A stretch of DNA of 46,801 nucleotides from Nitrospirota bacterium (GTDB lineage Bacteria > Nitrospirota > Thermodesulfovibrionia > Thermodesulfovibrionales > Dissulfurispiraceae): positions 1 to 46,801 of the forward strand of contig JBFMCP010000026.1 in assembly GCA_040754455.1 (NCBI GenBank), read 5' to 3'. Position numbers and translations under genes: made by a program. Shown here piece by piece: positions 7,706 to 17,383 of this stretch. Under the pieces are notes generated by a model. That model ran no database searches and was not told the origin of the DNA. It was given only the letters and a program-made list of their open reading frames with translations. Position 1 is the first letter of the stretch; every line of letters begins with the position of its first letter.

Positions 7706-9841
7706 TCAGCGTACGGAAACTACCGCTGTTGGTGACACCATGTCGAGAAGCACGCCCATCGCTTCCTGCACATAAGGGTCTTTGCTGACTTCCAGGACCC
7801 ACTGCTGCTTCCGTTCCTCTTCAGACAGGGACGTGTCCGTCTTCTTTGACTCGGATGCGCCATGAGGAGAACGGGCCTTCGCCTCTTTCCCTTTATGCTT
7901 CAGCGCCTCCTCGCGCTCCTTGCGCACGGCATCGATATGCAGCGGCTGGAGGGTCTTTGCCTGCAGCTCGCCGATCCGCACGCTCTCCTTCACCATATCG
8001 GTGAACTCCTGGTTCCCCTGCACCCGTGCGCTGCTCCTGGCTTTAAGCTGTGCGAGATCGGGCAACGCAGGCTGCCATTTCGTATACTGCACCGGAGCGA
8101 CCGTGTCCCAGGGGAGCGCATAGTCGAGGTACTGCTCTCCGGTCTTCAGGCTCTTCAGCGGGTCAGGGAGAACGATATCGGGCTCAACGCCGCGGTACTG
8201 GGTGGAGCCGCCGCTCACCCGATAGAATTTCTGGGTAGTGAGCATCAGCGCGCCGAGCGGTTTGTACTGTTCGCCGAAGCTGAATGGCAGTCCCTCACTG
8301 AGATCGAAGACGATCTGCACCGTTCCCTTGCCGTGGGTATGGTCGCTGCCCATGATGACCGCACGCCCGTAGTCTTGGAGCGCGCCGGCGAGGATTTCCG
8401 AAGCAGAAGCGCTGAACTTGTTGACGAGCACGACCAGCGGTCCCTTGTAATAGACGGCGGGATCTTCGTCGTAGTGGACCTTTACTTTTCCCGAGGCGCT
8501 CTTGACCTGCACAACTGGGCCCTCTTTGATGAAGAGCCCTGCAATGTTGATAGCGTCGGTCAGCGCCCCTCCGCCGTTGTTCCTGAGATCGAGGATAAGG
8601 CCGCTGATATTTTCCGATTCGAGCTTCTTCAGCTCGTTCTTCAGATCATCAGTGCAGTTGCGGCCCTCCTTTCCATGGCTGAAGCTGTCGAAATCCCTGT
8701 AGAAGCTCGGCAGCTTGATATAACCGAAGGTCTTGCCGTTCTTTTCATCCTTGATGGTCGTGCCCTTGGCAAAGGTCTCATCAATCTGGATCACATCGCG
8801 CACAATGGGGATCACGAATTGCGGCATGCCCTGCCGCTTGACGGTGATTTTGACCTCGGTTCCCTTCTTACCGCGGATCAGCCGCACGGCATCCCTGAGC
8901 TTCATATTCGTAACATCAACCGGCTCACTGTTCCCCTCTGCCACCTTGACGATCGTATCACCGGCAAGCAGTTGCCCCTGCCGCGCCGCCGGGCCGCCAG
9001 CCTTCACGCTCTCCACCTTTATGACGCCGTCCTCCTCGCGCAGCACGGCGCCGATCCCCTCGAGAGAGCCCTTCATGCTGATATCGAAATCCTCCTTGCT
9101 GGTCGGCGGCATATAATTGGTATGGGGATCGAAGGCCCTGGTAAGGGCGGTAAAGTAGCGGTCGAACTGCTCCGATCTCTTCTCCTGCTGCATGCGTGTA
9201 AACGTCTCTTCGTAGCTCTTCAGGGTCTTTTCGCGTGCCTTTTTCTGGAGATCTTCGGGCTTTGCGCTCTCTTTCGGTGCCTTCTCCGCGGCAGTTTCTG
9301 CGGTGCTGTCTTCCAGCAGGTTCAGATACTGGGAGAGCACCTGGTATTTCAACACCTTGCGCCAGCGGTCTTTCAATTCCGTCTCGGTGGTGCAGAAATC
9401 GATCTTGTCGATATCGGTCTCGATGAATTCGTCCTGGGTGAAGTCGAAATCTTTTGCCAGCAGCTCTTTGACCACCTGCTGGGTCTTGGCGACCCGCTCG
9501 GCGAGGATCTCCGCTCCCCTTTCCGGCAGCTCGATTTTCCCCGAGAGCACTTCATCGTCGATTTTATCGGCATAGGCCCTCAGCTTTTCGATATCCCCCT
9601 TCAGCAGGAAGCGTTTCTGGGGGTCGAGCTGCTTGATATAGAGATCAAAGGCCTTTTTCGAGAGACCGTCATCGATCTTCGTGTTGCTGAAATTGTGGTT
9701 TGCAAGATACTGGTACAGCCGGTATCCTACCAGCTGCGCACGATTGTAATCATGGTCGCCCGTGCTCTCAATGCCCTTTGCCGAAGCGGAACTGAGGCTC
9801 AGAAAGCCTATAAGGAGCACAACAAAAAAACGTTTCATCAT
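7706..9841 (-). CDS. prc: Carboxy-terminal processing (tail-specific) protease, S41A, with PDZ domain
   Basis: Signal peptide, DPHTNY, GSLEGIGAVL, DLRNNGGG, SASASEI, GKGTVQ, QKFYRVSGGSTQ. Confidence 0.95.
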   Translation of the reverse strand: MMKRFFVVLLIGFLSLSSASAKGIESTGDHDYNRAQLVGYRLYQYLANHNFSNTKIDDGLSKKAFDLYIKQLDPQKRFLLKGDIEKLRAYADKIDDEVLSGKIELPERGAEILAERVAKTQQVVKELLAKDFDFTQDEFIETDIDKIDFCTTETELKDRWRKVLKYQVLSQYLNLLEDSTAETAAEKAPKESAKPEDLQKKAREKTLKSYEETFTRMQQEKRSEQFDRYFTALTRAFDPHTNYMPPTSKEDFDISMKGSLEGIGAVLREEDGVIKVESVKAGGPAARQGQLLAGDTIVKVAEGNSEPVDVTNMKLRDAVRLIRGKKGTEVKITVKRQGMPQFVIPIVRDVIQIDETFAKGTTIKDEKNGKTFGYIKLPSFYRDFDSFSHGKEGRNCTDDLKNELKKLESENISGLILDLRNNGGGALTDAINIAGLFIKEGPVVQVKSASGKVKVHYDEDPAVYYKGPLVVLVNKFSASASEILAGALQDYGRAVIMGSDHTHGKGTVQIVFDLSEGLPFSFGEQYKPLGALMLTTQKFYRVSGGSTQYRGVEPDIVLPDPLKSLKTGEQYLDYALPWDTVAPVQYTKWQPALPDLAQLKARSSARVQGNQEFTDMVKESVRIGELQAKTLQPLHIDAVRKEREEALKHKGKEAKARSPHGASESKKTDTSLSEEERKQQWVLEVSKDPYVQEAMGVLLDMVSPTAVVSVR

Positions 9842-10094
9842 ACGATTACTACCTCACGATACACTGTTTTCCGGTCATACAGCACACGTACTGCCTAGGT
9901 TGACCTAAGCTCAATGATAACAAAATACACTGCGTTGTGGAAAGTTGCACGGACAGGGCTGTCAGAAAGTATTAAAAAATGCGCAAAAATCTTTTATAAT
10001 TGGAATAGAGATCAGAAGGAGTTCAGCAGCACCACGTTGTTGCTCGCCCCGTGGTTACTCAACCCTCACCCCTGCCTGCAAGGAGGCGCTTCCT

Positions 10095-10772
10095 ATGAAT
10101 AGAGAGCATATTCTCACACTATTCCTTATCATTGTAAGCCTTGCCGCCGGAGCAATTGCCGTCCGTCTGCTCCTCAGAAAGGCGGCGCTGGCAAAAAATG
10201 CAGACAACACCTATTCCTTGCGCATCCCCTTTTTAGGTACGCTTTCTTTCGATCCGTTCCCGCGCTGCAAGGGGATTGTCATTGATGAGCTCCTGGAATT
10301 AACGAAAAATCTTGATTATCTGAAGCAGTTTCTCGATATTCACTTCGTGCTCAGGTATGCCAGGGAGTTCAAAATCACGTATGTCGGTACCGAAGGAGAT
10401 AGGGAAGACGGCTCATGGAGTCCGGGCAGGCTCGCCTACTGCGAGGGAGGCTGCAACATTTATCTGAACCCCCACCTCGATATCCATAAAGTCTCATTGA
10501 GCTTGAGCTGGGAGTTGAAGACCATCATCGCACCTTCCGAGGTATATCCGTTTCTTTTCCTCCATGAGGTCGGTCATACCGCCCATGCCGGCAACCAGAA
10601 TTTCTATACCGCCGTCGTCAACCATGCTCTCTCCGGGGGGCGGCACTCCGCAAAGAGGAGAAAAGAGTTATCGAAGCTGAAGAACACGATCGAGCGGTTT
10701 GCCGATGCCTTCGCCCTAAAAGAGCTCGAGCGCTGGCGTGAGGAGAGAGCCAAAAACGACCCTATTCCTTAA
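10095..10772 (+). CDS. Membrane-anchored putative zinc metallopeptidase (HEXXH)
   Basis: N-terminal TM, FLFLHEVGH, downstream ERFADAFA; RBS AGGAGG. Confidence 0.6.
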   Translation: MNREHILTLFLIIVSLAAGAIAVRLLLRKAALAKNADNTYSLRIPFLGTLSFDPFPRCKGIVIDELLELTKNLDYLKQFLDIHFVLRYAREFKITYVGTEGDREDGSWSPGRLAYCEGGCNIYLNPHLDIHKVSLSLSWELKTIIAPSEVYPFLFLHEVGHTAHAGNQNFYTAVVNHALSGGRHSAKRRKELSKLKNTIERFADAFALKELERWREERAKNDPIP

Positions 10773-10968
10773 GTTTTTTGAGGCCGCGGTAGAAGACCAG
10801 CATGCCCACCGCGGTAAAAGCGACATCAAGGTAAGGGTAAAGCCGAAATGTGTAGCGATAGAGCACAGGAACTGTTTCGACAGGGCTAGAGTTTCCGATT
10901 GCCGCCCAATAATACGCCGAAGCGGCCGTCAGCAGCACGCCGATGATCAGCTCTCCATGTATTTTCAT
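10762..10968 (-). CDS. Small 2-TM hypothetical protein
   Basis: MKIHGELIIGVLL...; purine-rich RBS; two hydrophobic segments. Confidence 0.55.
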   Translation of the reverse strand: MKIHGELIIGVLLTAASAYYWAAIGNSSPVETVPVLYRYTFRLYPYLDVAFTAVGMLVFYRGLKKLKE

Positions 10969-11139
10969 TCCCTTTCTCCTCCTCAGCGCAATCTTGAAAT
11001 CATCATGAGCTGTGATCAATAGTATAAAGAAAGTGGGGAGACAAAGGGAATGCAGACACGTCGCGCTGACGACTGCAGGCAGGTGACGGTAAAAAGTGGC
11101 GAAACTTTTTCCGCCCCGGTTGAGGAATGTGGAAGCTTG

Positions 11140-11421
11140 TTATCCCTTACTGCCGGCCGGGTGAAATTCCGAAACCCATTTGCTGGCGCCTTTTCTCTGT
11201 TCCTTGATGGCAGGGCAATAAGTGATGATCGACTGCAATTTGGATTCAACCTCGTCTGATAGCTCATCCAGCAGAATGAAGATGTTTTCGGAAACCGCCC
11301 TCTTGTCCTCAGCCGAAAGATCCTCCGCGTGCTCTTGTATTGTATGGATCCTCTGTTTTATATCGGACAGTTCATTAAAAACGTAATCGCAATACCCGTT
11401 GATGTTTTTTTCCTCAAACAT
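11140..11421 (-). CDS. Hypothetical acidic helical protein
   Basis: 93 aa ORF with RBS AGGAGG. Confidence 0.65.
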   Translation of the reverse strand: MFEEKNINGYCDYVFNELSDIKQRIHTIQEHAEDLSAEDKRAVSENIFILLDELSDEVESKLQSIITYCPAIKEQRKGASKWVSEFHPAGSKG

Positions 11422-11571
11422 GGCGACCTCCTTCTATTTCGTTGATGTACATCAAAGGAGCCGCGGGGTACCCTCTGGTTCCGCGCAGATGGTATACCTG
11501 CAGCTACCTCCTTAATTCAATTGTATACCGTATGCCAATCAGGTTCAACACTGCAGAAAAGGGGATGGGGC

Positions 11572-11859
11572 CTAGAAGCCGAGGTCCTTGTCGACCGACC
11601 CATTCTCTCCCACAGGTCCTCCGGGCTCTTCAAGGCCGGGTTCCCGTGCAGCGACTCCTGCGTCGGTTTCCGTGAGCACTTTTTTGACGGCATTTTCAGT
11701 ATCCCTGAGCCGCCCTTTGCAGAAGTGGATAAGTTCTGCGGCCCGCTTCACTTTTGCGGCGAGGGCATCCACATCAATGTCGTCCGCTTCTATTTCACTG
11801 ACGATCTCCTCAAGCTCAGTCAAAGCCTGGGAGTAGGTAAGCGCCTTGTTTCTTCCCAT
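11572..11859 (-). CDS. xseB: Exodeoxyribonuclease VII small subunit
   Basis: YSQALTELEEIVSEIE..DIDVD.L..KVKRAAELI.FC; overlaps the xseA end. Confidence 0.92.
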   Translation of the reverse strand: MGRNKALTYSQALTELEEIVSEIEADDIDVDALAAKVKRAAELIHFCKGRLRDTENAVKKVLTETDAGVAAREPGLEEPGGPVGENGSVDKDLGF

Positions 11860-13123
11860 CTCGTTGTGCCTCCTCTTTCTGTCCTACAATACTGGTAATA
11901 CTCCCGTTATACAGCCTTGTCTCGAGGACGTCGCCACTCTTTGCCTGTGCGGTGTCTTTCAGGACTTTCCCGTTGCAGCGGGTGATACTGTACCCCCTCT
12001 TGAGCACCCGTGCCGGATCAAGGAGCATGACCGCCTGCTCGAGCTGCGCAAGTCTGCTCTGCTCCCGCTGCATGCGCCGCGCTGCTCGGTTGCTCAGGTC
12101 CTTCTCGAGGAGCAGCAGCCGGTTGGCCAGTGAGATGACCCGGACAGGGACCATGGCGAGCTGCTGTGCAAGCGCATCGAGCCGGTAGTTCTCATCGGTC
12201 ACGAGCCTCCCGGCAGCGAGGTGGAGCCTGTTCTGCAGGTCGAGCACCTTTTCTTCAAAGCTCCTTACTCCTGATATGAGGAATTCTGCGACAGCGGTCG
12301 GGGTCTTCATTCTGGTATGCGCCACCAGATCGACCACCGTATCGTCCTTTTCATGCCCGATACCGGTGATGACCGGCAGGGGGAATCGGGCAATACAGGC
12401 AGCGAGTGCATAGCTGTCAAAGCAGTTCAGGTCTATGGAAGAGCCTCCGCCCCTGATCACCACAACAACATCGAAATCGTCCTGTTGCCGTGTGATCTTG
12501 TCGAGTGCCGCAATGATCGAACGCTCCGACTCATCGCCCTGCATCACGGCAGGGAAGAGAACATGGCTGAAGGTATAACCGAAAACGTTGGTATCGAGCT
12601 GGCCGAAGAAATCGCCGTAGCCTGCTGCCGTGGGCGAGGAGACGACCGCTATCCTCTGGGGAACGAGCGGCAAGGGCACGCTCTTATTGAGATTGACAAG
12701 CCCTTCGCGGGTGAGCTGCTCGATGATCTCCTTTTTCCGGCGCGCCATCTCTCCCATGGTATAGGCGGGATCGATGTCTTTCACATTAAGGCTCAGGCCG
12801 TAGACTTCATGGAAGGTCACTGCAGCGAGGAGCAGTATCTTCATGCCCGGCTTCAGTGATTCGCCGGTGGTCATCTTGAACTTCAAGCCGAGCTTCCTGT
12901 ACTCATACGCCCAGATCGTTGCTTTTACCTGCGCTATGGTCCGGTCATCTTCCTTCTCCACCAGCTCCAGGTAGCAATGTCCCCGCTGGTTGCACTTGCA
13001 CTCGGCGATCTCCGCAACGACCCAATACATACCGGGGAATGCTTCATTGAGCGCAGTCCGTATGATGCTGTTCAGCTCACGGAGGCTGTAGGCCGGCCTT
13101 CTCATCAATAATTCGTCGATCAT
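11816..13123 (-). CDS. xseA: Exodeoxyribonuclease VII large subunit
   Basis: WVVAEI, GHCYLEL, RGGGS.IDL, TGIGHEKD, TPTAVA, VLKRGYSI; start set at ATG 13123. Confidence 0.95.
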   Translation of the reverse strand: MIDELLMRRPAYSLRELNSIIRTALNEAFPGMYWVVAEIAECKCNQRGHCYLELVEKEDDRTIAQVKATIWAYEYRKLGLKFKMTTGESLKPGMKILLLAAVTFHEVYGLSLNVKDIDPAYTMGEMARRKKEIIEQLTREGLVNLNKSVPLPLVPQRIAVVSSPTAAGYGDFFGQLDTNVFGYTFSHVLFPAVMQGDESERSIIAALDKITRQQDDFDVVVVIRGGGSSIDLNCFDSYALAACIARFPLPVITGIGHEKDDTVVDLVAHTRMKTPTAVAEFLISGVRSFEEKVLDLQNRLHLAAGRLVTDENYRLDALAQQLAMVPVRVISLANRLLLLEKDLSNRAARRMQREQSRLAQLEQAVMLLDPARVLKRGYSITRCNGKVLKDTAQAKSGDVLETRLYNGSITSIVGQKEEAQRDGKKQGAYLLPGFD

Positions 13124-13200
13124 GTCTTCATAATTATACCTAAAGGGAAAGAGAAGGTGGAAATGAAGGGCACAAAAATGGCACTTCTTGAGAACGCGAC

Positions 13201-13347
13201 GGGGTAGGAAAGGGTGCGAAAAGAAGCTTTCCAGCGCTTCCTTAGATTCCACCAAGGCCCACATTCTTAATAACAACTATTCTCAATGAAAAGAGAGGCA
13301 TTTCTATTTACAATAAATGCGCAAGAGAAAGTGCCCTTTCCTGCCTT
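13201..13347 (+). repeat. ~150-bp nested palindromic intergenic element, copy A
   Basis: Aligns with the reverse complement of 20979..21134; ends GGGGTAGGAAAGGGTGC / GTGCCCTTTCCTGCCTT pair when G-U is allowed. Confidence 0.8.
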
Positions 13348-13381
13348 TACGAGTTTGAAAACGTGGAAGAACTGGAAAACA

Positions 13382-13906
13382 TCAGACCGACCGATAGCTG
13401 ATGGTATGTGTGCCGTGGAGCTCCCGCAACACCATGACCACCCCATCCTCGAGAATACTCTTCTCCGGCGCATGCAGAAGCGCATCGAGGACGTCTTTTG
13501 CCTCGAGGACGGTAACGCCGATAAGCGGCTGGCGCACTGCCACAGAAGCGTTTTCATAGGCGACTACAGGAGTAATAGGTACATCCAGACCGATCCGTTC
13601 CCGTATGGTGGATTTCAGCCAGAACGTATCTTTCAGGGCCTTCTTTATAATGTCGGAGCGCTCTTTGTCGTTGATGAGCAGATGCTTTCCACTGCAGGTC
13701 ACTGTACCCCTCTCAGCAGGGGCATTGATGAGAAAAAGCCCCTGTTTTCTGCTGAATACGATATGGTCGATGCCGCTGTGGTCATAGAGCACGGCGTTGA
13801 AGACCATGTATGCCTCAGGCAATCCGGCAAGTGCCTGTGCAACGGTAATGCCCGGCTCGCGCTTCCGCCCAAAGACCTTTCTGATAAATTCTTTTACATT
13901 ACTCAT
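13382..13906 (-). CDS. NERD (nuclease-related domain) protein, catalytic E-x-K apparently lost
   Basis: LPEAYMVFN, GIDHIVFS..GLFLINA, ITPVVAY. Confidence 0.7.
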   Translation of the reverse strand: MSNVKEFIRKVFGRKREPGITVAQALAGLPEAYMVFNAVLYDHSGIDHIVFSRKQGLFLINAPAERGTVTCSGKHLLINDKERSDIIKKALKDTFWLKSTIRERIGLDVPITPVVAYENASVAVRQPLIGVTVLEAKDVLDALLHAPEKSILEDGVVMVLRELHGTHTISYRSV

Positions 13907-14001
13907 TTCTGATCCCTCTGAAAGGTGCGTAATGTTAATAAACCCTCCTCATTTTTTTCAACCCCTCTTCTCTGCGCGCGGTTTGCATCTGCGTAACGCA
14001 G

Positions 14002-14029
14002 TTGACAATATGGAGTATCCTGATAAAAT
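14002..14029 (+). promoter_or_regulatory. sigma70 promoter
   Basis: TTGACA-16nt-TAAAAT with TG extension. Confidence 0.65.
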
Positions 14030-14209
14030 GTAATTATCCATACAGACGGTCGTTACGGGTTGCCTTATAAACCATTCTGCCCTGATCATCACCGTTACCG
14101 CACCGGGAATCCCTCATGGAAGCCGCATGGCCGGACCGAGCAGTCGTGGTGCATTCAGGAGCACGCCTCATTCAACGTTCTCCTGACACGGGCAGCAGAG
14201 GAGAATCCC

Positions 14210-14392
14210 ATGAATACTACCATCCTGGACACACATCAGCGGCTCGAACAGTTCGACATGCTGATTCAGTGCGCCCTTGAGCACCTGGAACTCATGAAGG
14301 GGACCATCTATGAGCGATATGCCGAGGATATCCTGAATTCAATCGTTGCGGAAAAAGAAGAGTTTATCGCCCAGATCGTTCGCAGCAACTGA
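14210..14392 (+). CDS. Small helical hypothetical protein (60 aa)
   Basis: MNTTILDTHQRLEQ...; RBS AGGAGAA; downstream of the promoter and a long structured leader. Confidence 0.6.
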   Translation: MNTTILDTHQRLEQFDMLIQCALEHLELMKGTIYERYAEDILNSIVAEKEEFIAQIVRSN

Positions 14393-14485
14393 CGATGTCA
14401 GCGCGCGACTGCACAGGCTGTCCCTTTATCCGTCCCGGTGCCTTAACGCCAGCTGCCGAAGCCCATGCAGCAGCGGATCGAGCGT

Positions 14486-16759
14486 TCACAAGACTACTTC
14501 AACCCTGTTTCTTCCCTTATTCTTGGCCTGATAGAGGGCATTATCCGCTTTCCGGACCAGTTCATCCTCTTTTTTCATATGCTCCTGATACGAGGCAATG
14601 CCGATACTTACCGTGACCTCTGTCCGCTTCTCCACCGCCTTCCGTATTCTCTCGGCGACCTCGCAGGCCATGGCCGTGTCTGTTTCGGGGAGCAGGATGG
14701 TGAACTCCTCTCCGCCATACCTGAAGGCATAATCGGCTTCGCGCATATTTTCGGTAAAGAGGCCTGCAACCTTGGCGAGCACCGCATCACCGGCCGCATG
14801 TCCGTGACGATCGTTGTACTCCTTGAAATGATCGATATCCAGCATGAGGATGGAAAGCTGTTTGTCGTACCGCCGTGCCACGGCAAAGCTCCGCTCCAGC
14901 TCGATGTCCATGAGGCGCCTGTTGCCGATGCCGGTAAGGGGGTCACGGAGGGAGAGCGCACGCGTCTCCTCATAGAGCCGCGCGTTCTGGATGGCGATGC
15001 CGATCTGATTGCCGACCGAAGAAAGCAGCGCAAGGATCCTTTCCTCGACTTCCGTCTCGGGCGGCAGATAGAGGCAAAGGACGCCGAAGACCTTGTCCTT
15101 GGCTTTCAGCGGCAGTATAATGTGTCCGCATGGACTCAGACCGGGAACTTTTACCTGGTGACGGGCATCCTCATCAGAATTCTTCGAGATGATCGGTTCC
15201 CCGGAGGTAGCAACGAGACCGGAAAGGCTCTCTCCCATGGAGAGGTCCTTGTGACGCTCAATTGCTGTTTCAGACAGGCCGGTATGGGCCACGAGATGCA
15301 GCCTGCTGCCTTCAACGAGAAAGATCATGCCCTTCCGTTCCACCCTGAACATTTCCATGCCGGTAATCGTCTGGAGGATATCGGAAAGGAGCTTCTCCAG
15401 GTCCAGCGTCCTGCTGATCGCCTTGGAAACCTCATAGAGTGCATGCAGCTCGGCATTGATCTTCTGCAACTCCTTGCTCTGGTTGAAGACCTGCTCGCTC
15501 TTTTTCAGCAACCCCTCTTCGAGCACTTTACGCTCGGTAATGTCTTTTGAAATATGGACGAATTTAACGATTTCTCCTCTTTTATCCTTGAGAGGGTAGG
15601 CGCTCACCTCCACAAAGCGTCGGTTGCCGTCGCGGTCAAAGTGAATATGCTCCACGACTGAATTCCCGGACGCAATAAGCTCGTAGACAGGACAGGGATC
15701 ATAGGGCGGAACGCAGAGGTGGTCCGAGCGATGAGTCACTTCGTAACACGGTCTGTTCAAAATTTCCCCAAGGGGGAGACCCGTCTCTTCCAGTGCAGCT
15801 TTATTGGCCCAGAGAATCTTAAAGTCCTTCGAAAGGAGCAGGATACTCTCGGTGATGCCCTGGGCGATATCCTCGAGCATCTGCTTCGATTCACTCAGTT
15901 CCCGCTCCGCCTGCCTGCGCTCATTGATGGCAACAAGAAGGGGGCGCAACAAGAAGAAGTAAAAGGAAGGGGAGATCAATAAAACGAGCAGCGAGGCGTC
16001 GAGAACAGCCTTTGCCGGCACAGAGAGCGGTGGGAAAGCGGAGATGAGGAGCATGACGGCGATCTCGGCAACGAATATCGAGAGCGCCAGGACGAGAATC
16101 TGATAGGCAGGTGAAAGATACCTCGTCTTCGTCGCATCCTGCATGTATTCGGCTCCAGCCCTCTGCGCCTTGAAGAGGATGGCGACGATAACCACCAGGA
16201 ACCCCATCATCAAGACGAGCGGTATAAGCGAGGAGCGAAACACCAGGGTGTTGAGCGCCTGGTTCCGTTTGGTGATATCGTAATAGATCTCGAAGGCGCC
16301 GGCAAATCTGCCGTTGATCATAATCGGGGCGTACGTCTCGACCACATCGGCGACAATCGTCTGGCCCTCGAGGGATTTGGTGCCTTTCTGCACCACCTTG
16401 GTGTACGGCTTCCCCTGGGCGACGATCTCGAAAAAATAGGAGTTCTTGTTGCGTGTCCCGATGTCCTTCGGATCAGTAGAATAGATGATCTCTCCTGTGG
16501 GTGCAAAAACCTTCAGCTTCTCGAGATTGAATTCCCTGGCCAGGGTGCGTGCTTGAGCGGAAAACGCGTGGGGCTCTTTGAGTGTTCCTCCTTCCATCAC
16601 CAGCGGCGCCAGATGGTTCGCGAGCCGGACCGCTTCGTCCTCGGTGTTGCGAGTCAGAAAGTTTCGGAACGAAGGGAATATGAAGTAGACATTAACGAGA
16701 GGATAGAGCAGCGCGACGACGCAGGAAGCAATGAAGATATGTTTGAAAGCCCTGTTCAC
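14486..16759 (-). CDS. Membrane-bound diguanylate cyclase (periplasmic sensor, PAS, GAF, GGDEF)
   Basis: DPLTG..NRR, DIDHFKEYND.HGH..GD, READ I-site, RYGGEEF. Confidence 0.92.
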   Translation of the reverse strand: MNRAFKHIFIASCVVALLYPLVNVYFIFPSFRNFLTRNTEDEAVRLANHLAPLVMEGGTLKEPHAFSAQARTLAREFNLEKLKVFAPTGEIIYSTDPKDIGTRNKNSYFFEIVAQGKPYTKVVQKGTKSLEGQTIVADVVETYAPIMINGRFAGAFEIYYDITKRNQALNTLVFRSSLIPLVLMMGFLVVIVAILFKAQRAGAEYMQDATKTRYLSPAYQILVLALSIFVAEIAVMLLISAFPPLSVPAKAVLDASLLVLLISPSFYFFLLRPLLVAINERRQAERELSESKQMLEDIAQGITESILLLSKDFKILWANKAALEETGLPLGEILNRPCYEVTHRSDHLCVPPYDPCPVYELIASGNSVVEHIHFDRDGNRRFVEVSAYPLKDKRGEIVKFVHISKDITERKVLEEGLLKKSEQVFNQSKELQKINAELHALYEVSKAISRTLDLEKLLSDILQTITGMEMFRVERKGMIFLVEGSRLHLVAHTGLSETAIERHKDLSMGESLSGLVATSGEPIISKNSDEDARHQVKVPGLSPCGHIILPLKAKDKVFGVLCLYLPPETEVEERILALLSSVGNQIGIAIQNARLYEETRALSLRDPLTGIGNRRLMDIELERSFAVARRYDKQLSILMLDIDHFKEYNDRHGHAAGDAVLAKVAGLFTENMREADYAFRYGGEEFTILLPETDTAMACEVAERIRKAVEKRTEVTVSIGIASYQEHMKKEDELVRKADNALYQAKNKGRNRVEVVL

Positions 16760-17091
16760 TCCCGATCCTTTGGCTACCAGTTGTCCGGGACAGTGATCGC
16801 GAGCAAGGCCGCTTCATGGCTGCCGGATGTGCATCGGTCCTGCTGATAGTATGCTCGGTATATCTCCACGGCCATCGAAAACAACGCCGACATCAAATAC
16901 CCCCTCTGTACCGAATACCCCCCGCGCCTGCGTTATTATAGCAAATTTGTTTTTTAAAATGGATTTTTCCCGAGGACCTGTCAAGGCAATTGCATCAAAA
17001 AGGGAGTGGGGAGAGGCGAATGCTGCCGTTGCTCGCCTCCATAGCAGGTCGCGCGCGCAACGTACCGGGGGTATGGAGCGGCGCCGGGATG

Positions 17092-17310
17092 CTAATTGAG
17101 CGAGATTTCGATGTGGGAGAACCCGAAGCCAAAGGGATTGAAGGAGGGCGAGATGATCCTTACATCGATACCGTTTTCCCTGAGAAATTCGTAGAAACTG
17201 AGGGTTATATCGTAACGGTAGGCGTAGTAATCCTTCCAGTACCCTCTGATGGTATCCTCGCTCACGTTCGTCAGGACAAACTGCTCGCTGTCGACCATAA
17301 AGAAACGCAC
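17092..17310 (-). CDS. Small hypothetical protein (72 aa)
   Basis: RBS AAGGAGGTGA before GTG; follows the upstream gene in the same orientation. Confidence 0.6.
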   Translation of the reverse strand: MRFFMVDSEQFVLTNVSEDTIRGYWKDYYAYRYDITLSFYEFLRENGIDVRIISPSFNPFGFGFSHIEISLN

Positions 17311-17383
17311 GGAATGATCACCTCCTTGTTGCTCTTCAGCACCTCAGGTGCGGAGGCGTCGCCTCCTGATCATAAGCGGGGCA

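Noticed and set aside
7862..9898. 678-aa ORF antisense to prc
   Set aside because: Shadow frame produced by GC-biased codon usage; no recognisable motifs.
13124..13276. N-terminal extension of XseA
   Set aside because: It runs through the promoter region and the palindromic repeat; not XseA-like.
14465..15550. 361-aa ORF antisense to the diguanylate cyclase
   Set aside because: Shadow ORF of a well-supported gene.
16774..16943. 39-aa upstream ORF and AATACCCCC direct repeat in the DGC leader (after TGCTATAAT, minus strand)
   Set aside because: The peptide has no distinctive features and the repeat is not a proper palindromic operator; support is insufficient.
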